A DNA stretch of 64,000 bases. Source: Tubulanus polymorphus. Lineage: Eukaryota; Animalia; Nemertea. The DNA lies in NCBI RefSeq assembly GCF_964204645.1, contig NC_134033.1:6596231-6660230 (forward strand), given 5' to 3'. Below are positions 13,242-57,300 of the stretch, piece by piece. The notes beneath the pieces are model-generated. The model was not told the DNA's origin. It was given only the letters and a program-made list of their open reading frames with translations, and did not search any database. Every line of letters begins with the position of its first letter. The first letter of the stretch is position 1. Position numbers and translations under genes: made by a program.

Positions 13242-14511
13242 CTGTTAAGAGAAAATGGAAAAGAGAGCGAAATTATTGCAAGAATCATCTTCCGCTTTGC
13301 ATACGATTTACTTGTGAAGTGTCCCTAAACTGAAATTGTGTGAGAAGTCTAGTGCACTGTGACAACCTATAGGCAAATTCCTTCTGCGAATCATTCATCG
13401 TCTAGTTCGCCTATGCTTGTATATTCGGGGAACCGAGGTTACGCGAATTCGGTGTGAAGACGATGGTGTTTCAAGGGATGCGATGTGAATTTGCTCTTTC
13501 GCACAACGATTGGCAAGAATTAAAAGCATTCGATATATCATCACCAGATTTTGGTCGCCGATTTTTCAGTACATCTGTCATCTTTACCTTATAAATCAGT
13601 TTTCGCACCGGATTCGTATCAATACGGAGCCGGGGGGGGGGGGGGGGACAAGGCGAGAAATTTTTTTTTTCTTTCGAACGAACGAAAATATAATTACGTT
13701 CGAACGAAATGCGGCGTGCCAAGGTAGTGGAAAAATATTTTTAGATAGCCGGTGGCGCCATCATTCCTAACTTTTGTAGGTGAATTTTCAATCACTTATG
13801 ATGGAATCAGAATATATCGGACAAGAAATTGCGATCGTTAGTGAAATGAATCTAAACAGTTGAACTATTACTGATTCATCAAACATGGATTTGTTTGATG
13901 ATGAAGCCAAGATAATAGAGCGTTCAATACACTTGTGGAATTGTCTTTTATAGACTACGCGATGTACATCCGTTCAATATCACCCAGTCACTTCTGTCGA
14001 GGAGGACGCACCAATTTTCCGAAACTGCTCTCATTTAACATTACTATCTTATGGCTTTTTGTGGTAAAAGCGGAACTTCTCTCTTATAACCTAGCGACCT
14101 TTTTACATCTGGATCACATCAGCGGCGTCCTCTGTTCGTCCGGTGCCTGCGCATGTGTATTATATCATATTTTGTATCTTTTTAAAGGAAAATGTACTTT
14201 ACACTAGACTTTTACATTGAATTGAGTAGTTGTCGCTTCTTTGTATTTATTCGCTTCCGTAGTTCGGTAACGAAAACTTCACTTCAGATAAGTTTGACTA
14301 AAATTGTATTTTCAAATAGAATTTCCTTTTTACCGTTTACATTCATATTCTAACATTTACGTTTTACACCAGAGGGGCCGTGCGTCCCATGTCATGATCA
14401 GGCCTTTTTAAAAACCGAAATTGTGATGAATACACAAAAGAGGGCTAAATCTTTTTTTAATTTGGTGATTTGATTTCAGAATTCTGGGATTCAAATCCGT
14501 ACTCAAACTAA

Positions 14512-15890
14512 TTAAAAAGTGGGTTCTTTATTACACTGACTAAGATTACGTCCGATGTACATCATATTACAGTCTTTACATGGTATCTCATAGACCCCGG
14601 ACTCAATTAGCTCACTGTTGGGTTTATTTTTGGTTAAAACATTAGTGAGTTTGTTATTATACTGAAAGACTAATCTAGTGTCGATGGTGCTTGATGTGGA
14701 TTTAAAGCGTTCCAAAGTAGGTAAATACGGGATTATGATATTCTTTTTAGCTCTGCGTTTTGTGTTCAGGTCGTTACGTCCAAAGTGAGAAATTCGGGCT
14801 TTGAAATAAGCTTTGTACAAAATTTTGTCTGGATAGGCTAGTTTCTTGAGAGCAGTTCTTATATGTTTGAGTTCTCTATCTAAAAACATTAGATCACAAA
14901 TACGTAGAGCTCGAACAAATAATCCTTGGGCTATTCCAATTTTGATGTTCAAAGGAGTAGGCCTAAATGAAAAAAAAATGAAGATAAGCTTCAGCATTAG
15001 TCGGTTTTCTATATACAGAGAATTTCAGATTTGTTTTGAAATTATGAATGAGTACATCGAGAAACGATTACCTACTATTTACCTACTTTGGAACGCTTTA
15101 AATCCACATTAAGCACCATCGACACTAGATTAGTCTTTCAGTATAATAACAAACTCACTAATGTTTTAACCAAAAATAAACCCAACAGCGATTTAATTGA
15201 GTACGGGGTCTATAAGATACCATGTAAAGACTGTAATATGATGTACATCGGCGAAATGGGACGTAATCTTAGTCAGCGTATTAAAGAAAACAAAATAGAT
15301 ATCCGCAACCAAAAGCCTGAGAGTGGAATAGCAAATCATGTCTTTACAACTAATCACCAATTTGACTTTCAAAATTCGAAACTTATTTATCCTTGTAAAG
15401 ATATTCATGAGAGACACATAGTGGAATCAGCCCTAATATGTAAACTTTCGAAATCCAATTTATCTACTAATTCAAATACTGGTTTTTCTCCACATAACCA
15501 ATTATTTTCCAGACACATCAACTCTTTATTAGATTTGGGTTAATGTCACTATGTGTCACTCTGTTATCGCCACCCTCTTCAGTCCACTTCACTTAGTAAC
15601 ATAATATGTTTTTACTCTGAACTGTTTAGAATTGCTGTGGTTTCCACGGTACCCCTTGATATTTTATTGCTTGGTCTGTTTATCTTTAGTTTTGACACAC
15701 TGCTTCTATTTTAGATCCTGTGAGTTTATATGCTTTGTTACTTGTTTTTCTGGTCATTCCACCTGATGATGGCTGTTAGTCAACAGCCGAAACGTTGTGG
15801 TTTCGTAACAATAAATTTGATCGTATAATTTTAAATTCGAAGCGTGGGATTTCTTCATTCATCTACAGTTTACACGGATTATAGTGTTTA
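14512..15890 (+). mobile_element. 5'-truncated Penelope-like element with inverted 5' segment; GIY-YIG endonuclease and pLTR
   Basis: GVYKIPCKDCNMMYIG...ESALI (15088-15543, +); the same segment plus the RT C-terminus on the minus strand (14512-14997); hammerhead downstream. Confidence 0.88.
15759..15800 (+). ncRNA. Minimal type I hammerhead ribozyme of the Penelope pLTR
   Basis: CCAC-CTGATGA-T-GGCTGTT(AGTC)AACAGCC-GAAA-CGTT-GTGG: intact core, 7-bp stem II, palindromic stem III region. Confidence 0.85.
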
Positions 15891-16135
15891 TTCGACAGCT
15901 AATACATGCCGTGTTAAAGTTGTGGTTAGTGTCTAAGAATAGAAAAAATGCTTCAGCATGTTTTTAGATCCCTTTGTTTGCAGATGCTGGTTTCATTTTC
16001 TGTTTACAGAAATTAATTCTCAAGTCGTAGCTTTCGGAAAAGGATTTTCTGGTCTCAAAAGATTCGACTTACGCAAGGTTTACTGTAAATAAATTCTTAA
16101 CGTTTTCCATTTGCTTAGCTATCAGATCAACCGCT

Positions 16136-47604
<31,469 letters not shown>

Positions 47605-49773
47605 TCATCAACGTTTATCAGTGTTTATAATCGAAGGCTCACTGTATTTGTAGTGAAAATCCTTGTTCAACCAAAATAAACTTGAACTACAATGTATGAT
47701 GAATATATACCGGTATTTTGTATACGTTAGATTAAATAGTATTCTATGACGATTTTTTAATGGCTTAGCGATATCACACGCATGCTGCAGATGAACATCA
47801 CGCTCAGCTCGAAATTTGAAATTTATGAGGTAGTGAATTTGAAATTTATTCACATCCCCTCAACGAGAGGTATACAGAGGGACATTAAGAAGTATTCCTA
47901 GAATTAGTAGAAATAACATAGAATATTAAAAAGAAACAATATTCCGTATAGAGAAAAGAAAGCAACGACCGTTCACAGAATATATGTGGTATACAAAGAA
48001 AAATATGTTGTTATGCACGGTCTTAGCCATCAAGTGCTGCCCTCAAATCGTTGACGGTGAATACGTGAACTAGCTTTTTCTCACACGCCACAACAGGAAT
48101 ACGTAGTCCGCTGGTGGCTCAGTTAATGTTAAAGATATGGGCAGCACTTGATAGTGAATACCTGCCATCACTCTGGAGAAGGGCACGAGTGAAAATATCA
48201 TGCATGGAACAATGCAGAATTAACACTGGCACAGCAGTTTGTCTAACCTTACAGTCTATCGAATGCAATATACGAATAGCAAATACATTATCTTCCAGGA
48301 AAACCGAAAAAGCTAAAAAAATGAAATGAAAATCCCAAAATAAGGGAAATACATAACATTCGGAAGGAACGTATATTCTATTGGAGGCGGTAAAAGTTCG
48401 AATAAGAATCATCATCATTTCTCTGAGAAGCAGAACAAAACCTATAGTCAAGAGAATGACATTCAGTTTTTTCTGCAAAAGCACCATAAAACCCTGAACA
48501 ATTGATTCAAACTTTAAACCATCTTGAGGAAGCTGCTGAATCCAAACATATTATAACACAAGCCTGAAAAAGATATGATATATAATGTCTTTTTTTCTAT
48601 TCTCCCGGACTCTCGAAGGTTTCAATTGATTTTAAATGTAGAATGAATTGAAGTTGTTCCTCAGCGTTGTCAATAACTCTTGTATAACGCTCAGAAGCCC
48701 CGAATTAACTAAAAAATGATATAAAGGCAAGGATAAGCCTCCCAAAAAACAATCAAATCCAGCTCGCGTTGCTCTGTCCACGCTTCAGCCATTTTGAATT
48801 TTCGTTACCCCCTACTTCAAACCGTGCGGAACAAAATTCAAATTCAAATTCAAATGGCCGACCGGTTCCGCACGGCTCCGGTCGGTTAGGAGCCGCCATT
48901 TTGAGCATCATGTGACTGCTTCATCCTTAATTCTGATTGGCTACTAAAATTTTTCGTTCAGAACATCGGCAGCGTAGCCCGCAGACCTTTACGATTTTTA
49001 TCGCACGGAAAAATCGCATGCGAAAATATCAAACACGTTTGGTTTGTTGCGATGAAGCGATGATGCGTGGAATCGGCTCCGGCGGCCATAGCACACCTTT
49101 ACGATGATGCGATAAAACGATGCGATGAAGCGATCATACGATCAATCGCAAAGGTGTGCGCCGGGCATAAGGGAAAAACTCTAAAAGCATTAGTTGACTG
49201 TTACGTCGTATTTTCTATCTCCTTTCAAGTAACCTGTTCGGCAAGCGGGTAGCTCGGAGAAACTGGGATTTACCTTGGCTTTTATTTTCCTTGGTGCCAG
49301 ATACTCTTATCATTTTATTTGCATTTACCCTTTGCGTTCGTGTGTGCTACGTACCTCCAAAAAGCCCAAACGTTTAAAGACCGGGTAAACCGAATCGCCG
49401 AGTTTATTTTGACGACAATTGGACCTGTAGAAAACTTATTATCACACCCCGGCCCCAACAGTTTTACTACATCTACGATGAGAATTTTGATGTCAATCAT
49501 TTCATCGCAAATTTACATGAACAGCCTTAATTAACCGATTAACCAATCTTAATCGGCTTCAGGGTGTATTTCGAGTGAATCATTGATCTGGGAAGAGGTT
49601 ATCCGGTTGCATAGCCAATCCGTTACGTAGTCCAAACACTACCGAGTTTACCGAGAAAAAATATTGATTATGAGTGGCACTTCATCATTAGCGTCCAAAT
49701 GTTTCGACGTTTAGCGTAACCCGGTAATACCGGAAATGCTTCTAGAAAATCCACATCCGTGAAGTAGACCTAC

Positions 49774-51174
49774 CTGCATCGACGACTACGTAGTCAGGGA
49801 TGGAACGTTCTCTGCTGAAATCCCGCGCCGAATGATACCAAACGATATTCAGCTTAATTTTTGACCAGAGCGTCACTTCGACCGAGGCAGCGGATCCGAT
49901 TCGAAAATCCATCACTTCTAAACTGGTCATCATGAATGTGTCTTCTCTACAGCCGAATACAACAACCTAGAACAATATGCCATCTTCAGAAACGTGTGAT
50001 CTATCACGGGAACCCTTAATTCGGTACAAACTTAGTTTTTGCCATTTGATATTTTAGTAACTGATGGCACCATCTATCAAAGCCATCCATACGTAGTTCC
50101 CAGGATATTACGAAGTATTTCATTATGATTATTAAGCTCTATGTTTTGCCTCTGTACCATGGAATACCCTATGATGAGGATTTTCCCCAGGGACCCTCAA
50201 TTTGGCTTGATGGGGATCTTCTCCAGGAGGGACCCTCGATTCGGCCTGATGAGGATCTTCTCCAAGGACTCTCAATGCGGCCGGGTTAAGATCTTCCTCT
50301 GAAATCCTCAATTCAGTATTGTGAATGAGAAACTTGTGTTGCCCCATCGTCATTTCCCTGTCAGTGTTTTAGGAAAACGTCAAACAGCCTAAGAGGCGGT
50401 GTGATGCTAGTACATTCGCAACATTCGCTTGGAAGTGCAGATGCGGTTCTGTTCGCTCTGAAACACGGGTTACAATTCAGATGTCGTCCCGTCGTGTTAT
50501 GAACAACTAGTATATATCTGAGCAACGTACAGCAAGATAAAAAGACAGCCAAAATCAAGAGATTTCCCGCTGCAACGAACTTTTTAATGGCCCGTAGCGC
50601 TCCTGAAAGAATATCCCATAGCATGTAATCAGATTTTCCCCGCAAAATGATTATCAATTGCTGAATGAATGGACACGATTTAGAAAAATGAAAAACATTG
50701 CATCGATAAGAGGACGTTCTCGCGATGGCTTAAAGTATAAAGGAGGGTTCATGGATAGCCTTAGAAATATGCAATTCTCTGCGACCACCAGATGCACTGA
50801 TTTTATCGCAGCCGCAATATGTGACCAGTTAAGGCCTACAACCGTTCGCATCAAGTCGCGACTCCACCGTTAAAACATCTCGGGCCTGTCCTTTTATATT
50901 TACACAGCTCCAGTGGATAGAATACGTATTGTAAAAACTACGTAGTTGAGGGATTAAGCGATCTTAATTAATGATAGTATGTGGGCCATATAAGGGTCTT
51001 GCTCAGTTATGGCTTATAGGTTTAAGACCGATCTAAGACGTTCTATATTCAAGATAACAACGTACGGCCAGTATTATGATTGAAGATCATAGTTTCACTT
51101 ACCGGTACCTCTAGAATCGAACATGCCGCGAATGCGTATAATATGAACAACGAAACGCCTTTTGTATCCGCCAT
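49774..51174 (-). CDS. Candidate 5' exons (51174-51103 signal peptide; 49966-49774 first half of an Ig-like domain)
   Basis: AAAATGG start, MADTKGVSLFILYAFAACSILEVP then GTAAGT donor; next exon VVVFGC...SVEVTLWS...IVWYH ends at a GTAGGT donor; phases compatible. Confidence 0.5.
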
Positions 51175-51739
51175 TTTCATTTAAGTATGATACATCTCGT
51201 GATGAACGCCGATAATTGGCATAAGTGTATTCTACGCGTAATAGAAACAATAGTTAGGTTCGACGCAAAAACAGAAATGTGATGAGTTAATTACGACTAT
51301 CAGGTCATTACACCGTAAAAGCGGTTGGTTTATATATTTATACTACACAACGCAAACAAAACACTCAACGCTACATTCAGTAAACACGAGATATTCGTCT
51401 GCTATTAAAACAGATATATTTATGGCCTACTATTACATATACAAGTTATCATATATCCTATGTAATTTCATCCTTAAATCCTAGTTCTTTTCTCGGTAAG
51501 CAAGTCGACTGCTCCTTACTCGGTAAAGAGTCGGTTAACTCGGTAAAGCGATTTTCGCTGAAATTTATTTGTGAGAAGTATCTTTCTTCTATTTTATCAA
51601 CTCGGTATCTGGTCCCCCTTTGTAAAGGAGGTTTGGATATCCACTAGACTATACAAAACCCAGTAAGCTGCTTTTTGTACTAATACATCATCAATTGATA
51701 TGTGTCATACTCGTGCAATATAATAACCCAATACCAATA

Positions 51740-52730
51740 GTAATAAGTCATAAGCATTTGGATTTGTACTAATGACTCAAACCTGTCTTTTGAATGTCAC
51801 GTCGACTCCATTTATGAGAAAGTTCTTAAATGTATACATCCTCTTAAATCTTTGTCATTAAAACTTAAATCTTCGCATTTAAAACTTAATCTACAAATCC
51901 TTTATCTATCCACATAAATGAGTGTTGTGATATATTGTACAATAGTGCTTCAAAAATGTCTTGGGGAAAATTAGATCGTCTACATTATAAAGCAGCACTA
52001 TTGGTTTCGGTTAGTTTACAAGGTTCTCACACCTCAAAGGTTTCAAATATACTTGCCTCAAACGCTTGCCTCAAGACGTAAGAAGCGGCTTCAGCTATTT
52101 ATGTATAAAGTAAAATTAGGACATTGTCCATCCTATGTTCAATCAATTTTTAGGAATTTCAGAGATGGCCTTAGAGAACGAACAACACGAAAGCGACGCC
52201 CTTTTCGAATTCCTGCCACTATATTTTCAAAAATTGCTAATTCTCCTTATTTTTAGTTAATGAAATCCTGGAATAATACACACATTGATATCAGGAGCTG
52301 CCCAACTTTTTCACAATTCAAATCTAAGATACTACACTGCAAGACCAGTTTATCTGTAATTTCTACTCTGCAGCTTTCAAATTTAAACCGATCAGAAGAG
52401 ATTTACCTGAATAGGATTCGTGTAGATTTCTTACTTTAAGGTTAGCTCTATCATATATTATCCCTTAACTGTAACTATTGCAATAGATTTCTAAATACAA
52501 AGCATCTCTTAATTCAATGTCAGCAACCTGCCCAATTAACCAATATAATATCTCTTTTTGCAGAATTGTATCTCATTCGAACAAATCTTGTGGGCTACTT
52601 TGAAAACCTTTCGCTCTCACAGAAATGCAATTTTTTTGGTGACAATCAAACTTTTAACTTTGATATAAATCAGCAAATTATCCAAAATTCATCTGAATTT
52701 TTTGTTAAAGCCCATAGAAACTTCTGAGGA
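51740..52730 (+). mobile_element. Old LINE RT 3' fragment
   Basis: Degenerate HKHL..., LSFECHVDSI, YKSFI, LDRLHYKAA, RRKKRLQLFMYK motifs with many stops. Confidence 0.6.
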
Positions 52731-54897
52731 TTCTACTTTTTGTCACCACTATTGATTCACCTTTTTTGAATTTTTCTTTTTTCTTTCTGTTTTGTTTTTT
52801 CTCTTTTGTAAGTTGTATACATGTATTAAGAAGTATAATTCAATAGGCCTGTTAATTATATATGTAGCTTTTTTCTTCGATACTAACAATGTCATTATGG
52901 ACTTCAGTATTATGTAAATGTATTTATGTAAAAACAAGGCGAATAAATTTCTTATGAAAAAATACTCGTGCAATTTGGTTAGCCGATAAGTTCGAGTCCT
53001 GGTTTTCAGCCTTAATTTTGGGACTGAATATATAATCGATATACCGGTACACTATTTCCATGCTTTTCTCGGAGATTATCATTACTAGTGAGAATGTTAA
53101 AACATTGTAACGGTTAGTTTCCGTCGACAAATGAATGTCAATAATAATCCGATTTTGAAAAAAGGCCCAGCAATATCGATGAAGAAAAACTAAGAGAACT
53201 GTTAAAAATGGTTCATAAGAATTCAAATAATCATAAGAAACGGCATTGCTCCTTGAGCATTTCTTCACAACCCGGTTTATTTTATCTCACTTGTAACTCA
53301 CTCTACGTCTTTCGTGTTTCGAAACTTTCTATCTTAGCATGGATTGGTGCCAATTATAGTTACCACATTATACACATATTACAATCAGGATCGTCGATCG
53401 CGTGGCTTCGACCTGCGTGCTCAGTGCGACTGGCAGAAACTAGTCGCACACCGCCGCTGATAGTCGCATCGCAAGGCCAACCTAGGCCTGGCTCAACATA
53501 GACTTTCACGATATGAGCATCTTAATTCTGTTCTAGTAATACGAATAAGCAAAACCATGCCTATTTTTCTATTTTGGCCGCGATAGCATTTCAAAAAGCA
53601 GGATCACGTGATCAATGGTCAAACGTCAAAGTGTTTTTGCAAGTCTTCCCGTGTTTGGCAATTTCTATTTTGATGGCACCAGACATTCAGCATGGAATCA
53701 TTGAAGTGATACTTCAATACGGTAAATAGTTAACTTTCAGCAAAATGTAAAAACAATGAAAACGACTGCTATGAAATTGAATAGCTTACAAAACAGCGAA
53801 AGAAAGAGAAGACATGAGAAATAGAAAAGTTAAAAATGCTCATGATGTGAAGTTGAGTTAGTTCTAAAGATATGGCAACGCGTTGAATAAAATCAAACCC
53901 CGCCGCCCTGATAACGGCAAAGAAGTTATGGAATTGCTTACTACAGTATTGGTCAAACTTGTGAGCCTCCCTGCGAGGGACGACCCAAAATTAACGCCTG
54001 ATAAAGCAATAATAATAACAAGTCAGTCATTCTGATAAGAAACCACTTCTATAAATGCCTGTAAATACTGTTGTTTTTTCCAAAATAACTTGAAGGATGG
54101 TTCCCCTAATCGCTTTCCATCTGCAGCACTCAAAATCAATAGTCGGCTTATCAAACCGATTTAAATGCTAGATATCATTTGTCATGTTGCATTAGTTCAA
54201 TCAGTCAAAAGCATAGGCCGTATAGAAAAGGAATCCATGTTCGTAGTCTATGGTGGAAGCCCAAATCAGCTCAACGCTAAAATCGGAGGAAAATGTCGAG
54301 TTAGATTTTCTTCTCATTATTGAAAGAATTCCTGTCCGGGATTCTCAAGTTCTGTAGTCGGATTCTATTGGTTGGAAGCTCGACTATTGTATATTCTGTT
54401 TTTGTATACTACAAATGGTAATTAATATATGAAAACCACTAACTATAAGTCGCGAACAGGCTGTTGATCTAGTTGTCTGACAAGACACGCTAAAATAGTT
54501 CACGATAAGTGTCGTCCTCGCCTCTAAATGTCAGTATGAAAGATAAAATCAAGAAAACTGGTTTCAACTAGTTTAGATTTCGTTTCGTCCGAGTTCCAGT
54601 CCCTTGTATTGCCCGATTTATCATTATCAGCAATGATTACAAAATAATTCTAGTCATTTTGCTGACGAAGACCTTAGCAATTTATATCCATTACTTCCCC
54701 AACTAACCTCACGAACAGGAGCCGTGTATAGGACTGGGTTAAAATTTCACGATCGGGTTACAGCATCGCATCGCGGGGCGGATCTAGAAATTTTGAAATG
54801 GGGCACATATTTGATGAAATGAAATTTGTTGCCGCAGAGACCCGCAAAACGCCGAACCGAAGAAATTAGATGGCATTTCTTGCATATCAAAATCATT

Positions 54898-55079
54898 ATC
54901 CCACTATTTAGAGATTTAAAAAAAGTTAAAAACAAGAATTTATTTATTCAATCTAAAATATATAAAAGACACGACGTTTCGATCTCACCCTAGAGTCATC
55001 GTCGTGTCTTTTATATATTTTAGATTGAATAAATAAATTCTTGTTTTTAAATTTTTTTTAAATCTGTAAATAGTGGGAT
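54898..55079. repeat. ~80-bp inverted repeat derived from a Penelope pLTR, with a hammerhead remnant in the loop
   Basis: Arms 54898-54976 and 55000-55079; right arm nearly identical to 27090-27170; loop GATCTCACCCTAGAG matches stem II at 27068. Confidence 0.85.
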
Positions 55080-56033
55080 TTTATCTTATTATCCGTTCAC
55101 CATGTTTGAGTGTGGTTATCGTTCTATCAAAATCATTGTTTTTGAATGTTTTTTTTTTCGCCAACCCTTCGTACCGAAAATATGGAAGGGGTTTAACCTC
55201 ACAGTTATACTTAAAAACATCAGTCCCGCAAGCGTCAAATCTCATAAAACCGAAGTATATAGGATCATGATCAAGAAAAATGATGTTGTAAACTACGACC
55301 ACGGCACTACATGTTAACTTATTCAGAAAACGAGGAAGTTTCTGTCTCAAAAAACGCTCATGATAACTTCATTACAGCAGTAACAGACTGATTTTGACAG
55401 CAGTGACACTTCAAACAGACAAGTGAGGTTTCAACAAAAATACAAAGAAAAATACAACAACAACATTGTATATACAAGATTAAAACCTTGATACTTGACA
55501 TCAGTAGAAAACAATAAGCATGTACTTACAAACACATTAAGCTTCCTAAAACGATCCTTTTCTGGACTCTCTACCTTCTACTTCAACAAGAAAACTAACT
55601 TGAAAGCTAATTGACCACATAAAAAACACATATTGTGTATTATTAGGCATCAATGAAGTTTAAACAAATCGATAATTGAATTGACCGGCAACCAGTCTTG
55701 ACCCAATATATTGATGAAGCAGTGCACATCCTCGATAAACTCATTATCAAAATTTATCGAATATGAAACAAAGAGTTCAGAAATAAATGTCATTACAAAA
55801 TAAACGCCAACATTTACAATTGTAATTCATATTTAGAATTGCCTACATTGATGACGTAGGCCTATAGTACACTGACGCGCACAGATCTCCTTTGAATAAC
55901 GCATACTGGATGTTTCAAATGTATATAGGCATTGTTGTAAAAACAAACATATGCAACAGATATTTCATCAATTGGAAAATCCATTTATACTTATATAAGG
56001 GTAATCCACGCACACGCACACCAGTCAGTCGAT

Positions 56034-56260
56034 CCCAATGTCGGCGATGTCGGCAATGTAGGCAAGTAATACTAACTTACATTAAAAATCTCTTTTCCAA
56101 TGTCGGCAATTACGGCGATGTCGGCGAGTAAAACTAACCTACATTAGATATCTCTTTCCCAATGTCGGCGATGTCGGCGAGTAAAACTAACCTACATTGA
56201 AAATATTTTTCCCAATGTCGTCAATGGTCAGCGGTGTCGGCAAGTAAAACTAACCTACAC
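56034..56260. repeat. Imperfect minisatellite, ~55-63-bp unit
   Basis: CCCAATGTCGGCGATGTCGGCGAGTAAAACTAACCTACATT variants, four copies. Confidence 0.8.
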
Positions 56261-57300
56261 TGGTCTCTGGCGCATTGATTTTTTTCTCGTGATAAGTCTT
56301 GTCGTTCTTCTTTTCCGTATAGTATACTTGGGCCTATGTTTGGAAGATGACTTTTTAACTCTTGAGTCTAACGTACGTAATCTACCGATTTTTGAGTTCT
56401 GATTTCGATTTAACTTTCATGAGTTCTAAATTCCAGTTTTTCTATCAAAATATTCCATATACTGATATTACCTGCAAATTAACTGCAAGATTCTTTTAAA
56501 ATTCGTTGTGTATACGATTTATTATGTATGATATTGAATCAAGGAGAAATAAATATCATCAGATTCTTATCTGATAACGAGAAACCGATTTAGAATGTCA
56601 CGCGATTCTCTCGCTGAACTTTCATTGGCCGCTTCTGACTGACGACTCGTACTAAAAACAAAATTTTTGAATTGATTATATTATTATTATTGAAACTATA
56701 CTTATCTACTTTTCCCCGTACTTTTCCCCGTTTCGAGATTGTTAGACCTCTGACCAAGAGGAACCACTTCCCAAGAGCCCCTTAATTCGGCGTGGTATTA
56801 AGACCGTGATACAAGAGCACTCCTTGCCACGCAGATCAACCACAATTCCTGAGGTGCAATTTCCCTCGAATCTTCACTTCAGTCGGGAGAAAAGAATGTC
56901 TACTCAACGCGCATAAAAAACACTTCCCTTTATCATAACAGTAATAATATATTCCACTAAATAATACAATATACCATAATACATTATAAAAAATGAAGTT
57001 AAATGAAATATTCTAATATTAAACGGGAGACTTGAAGAAGCCAGTTAAGACTTATATCAAACGTACAAGTACCCCCAAACACTCAAAGAACCACACTCAC
57101 ACACATTGGATTGTTGGAAAATTGACTCAAACCTTATCATTTGTTGTTGACTTGACTTGGGTTACTTAGCTCGTGGCAGACCAAACCGCATTGCCCTTGT
57201 TTCGCCGATAATTCGCAATCTAATAATCTCGATAACAAAAATAAAATGTAATGCGACAACCGTATTTGCTGTAGTAGTGCACGGCAACAATTAGCACTTA

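Noticed and set aside
48119-48487. 122-aa hydrophobic minus-strand ORF
   Set aside because: No recognisable domain; the composition is consistent with a chance ORF in AT-rich DNA.
50132-50873. Short ORFs on both strands
   Set aside because: No recognisable motifs or convincing splice pattern; 50165-50300 is a short imperfect repeat.
53497-54252. P-element-like insertion bounded by CATAGACT...AGTCTATG
   Set aside because: Only an 8-bp terminal match, with no matching TSD and no transposase motif.
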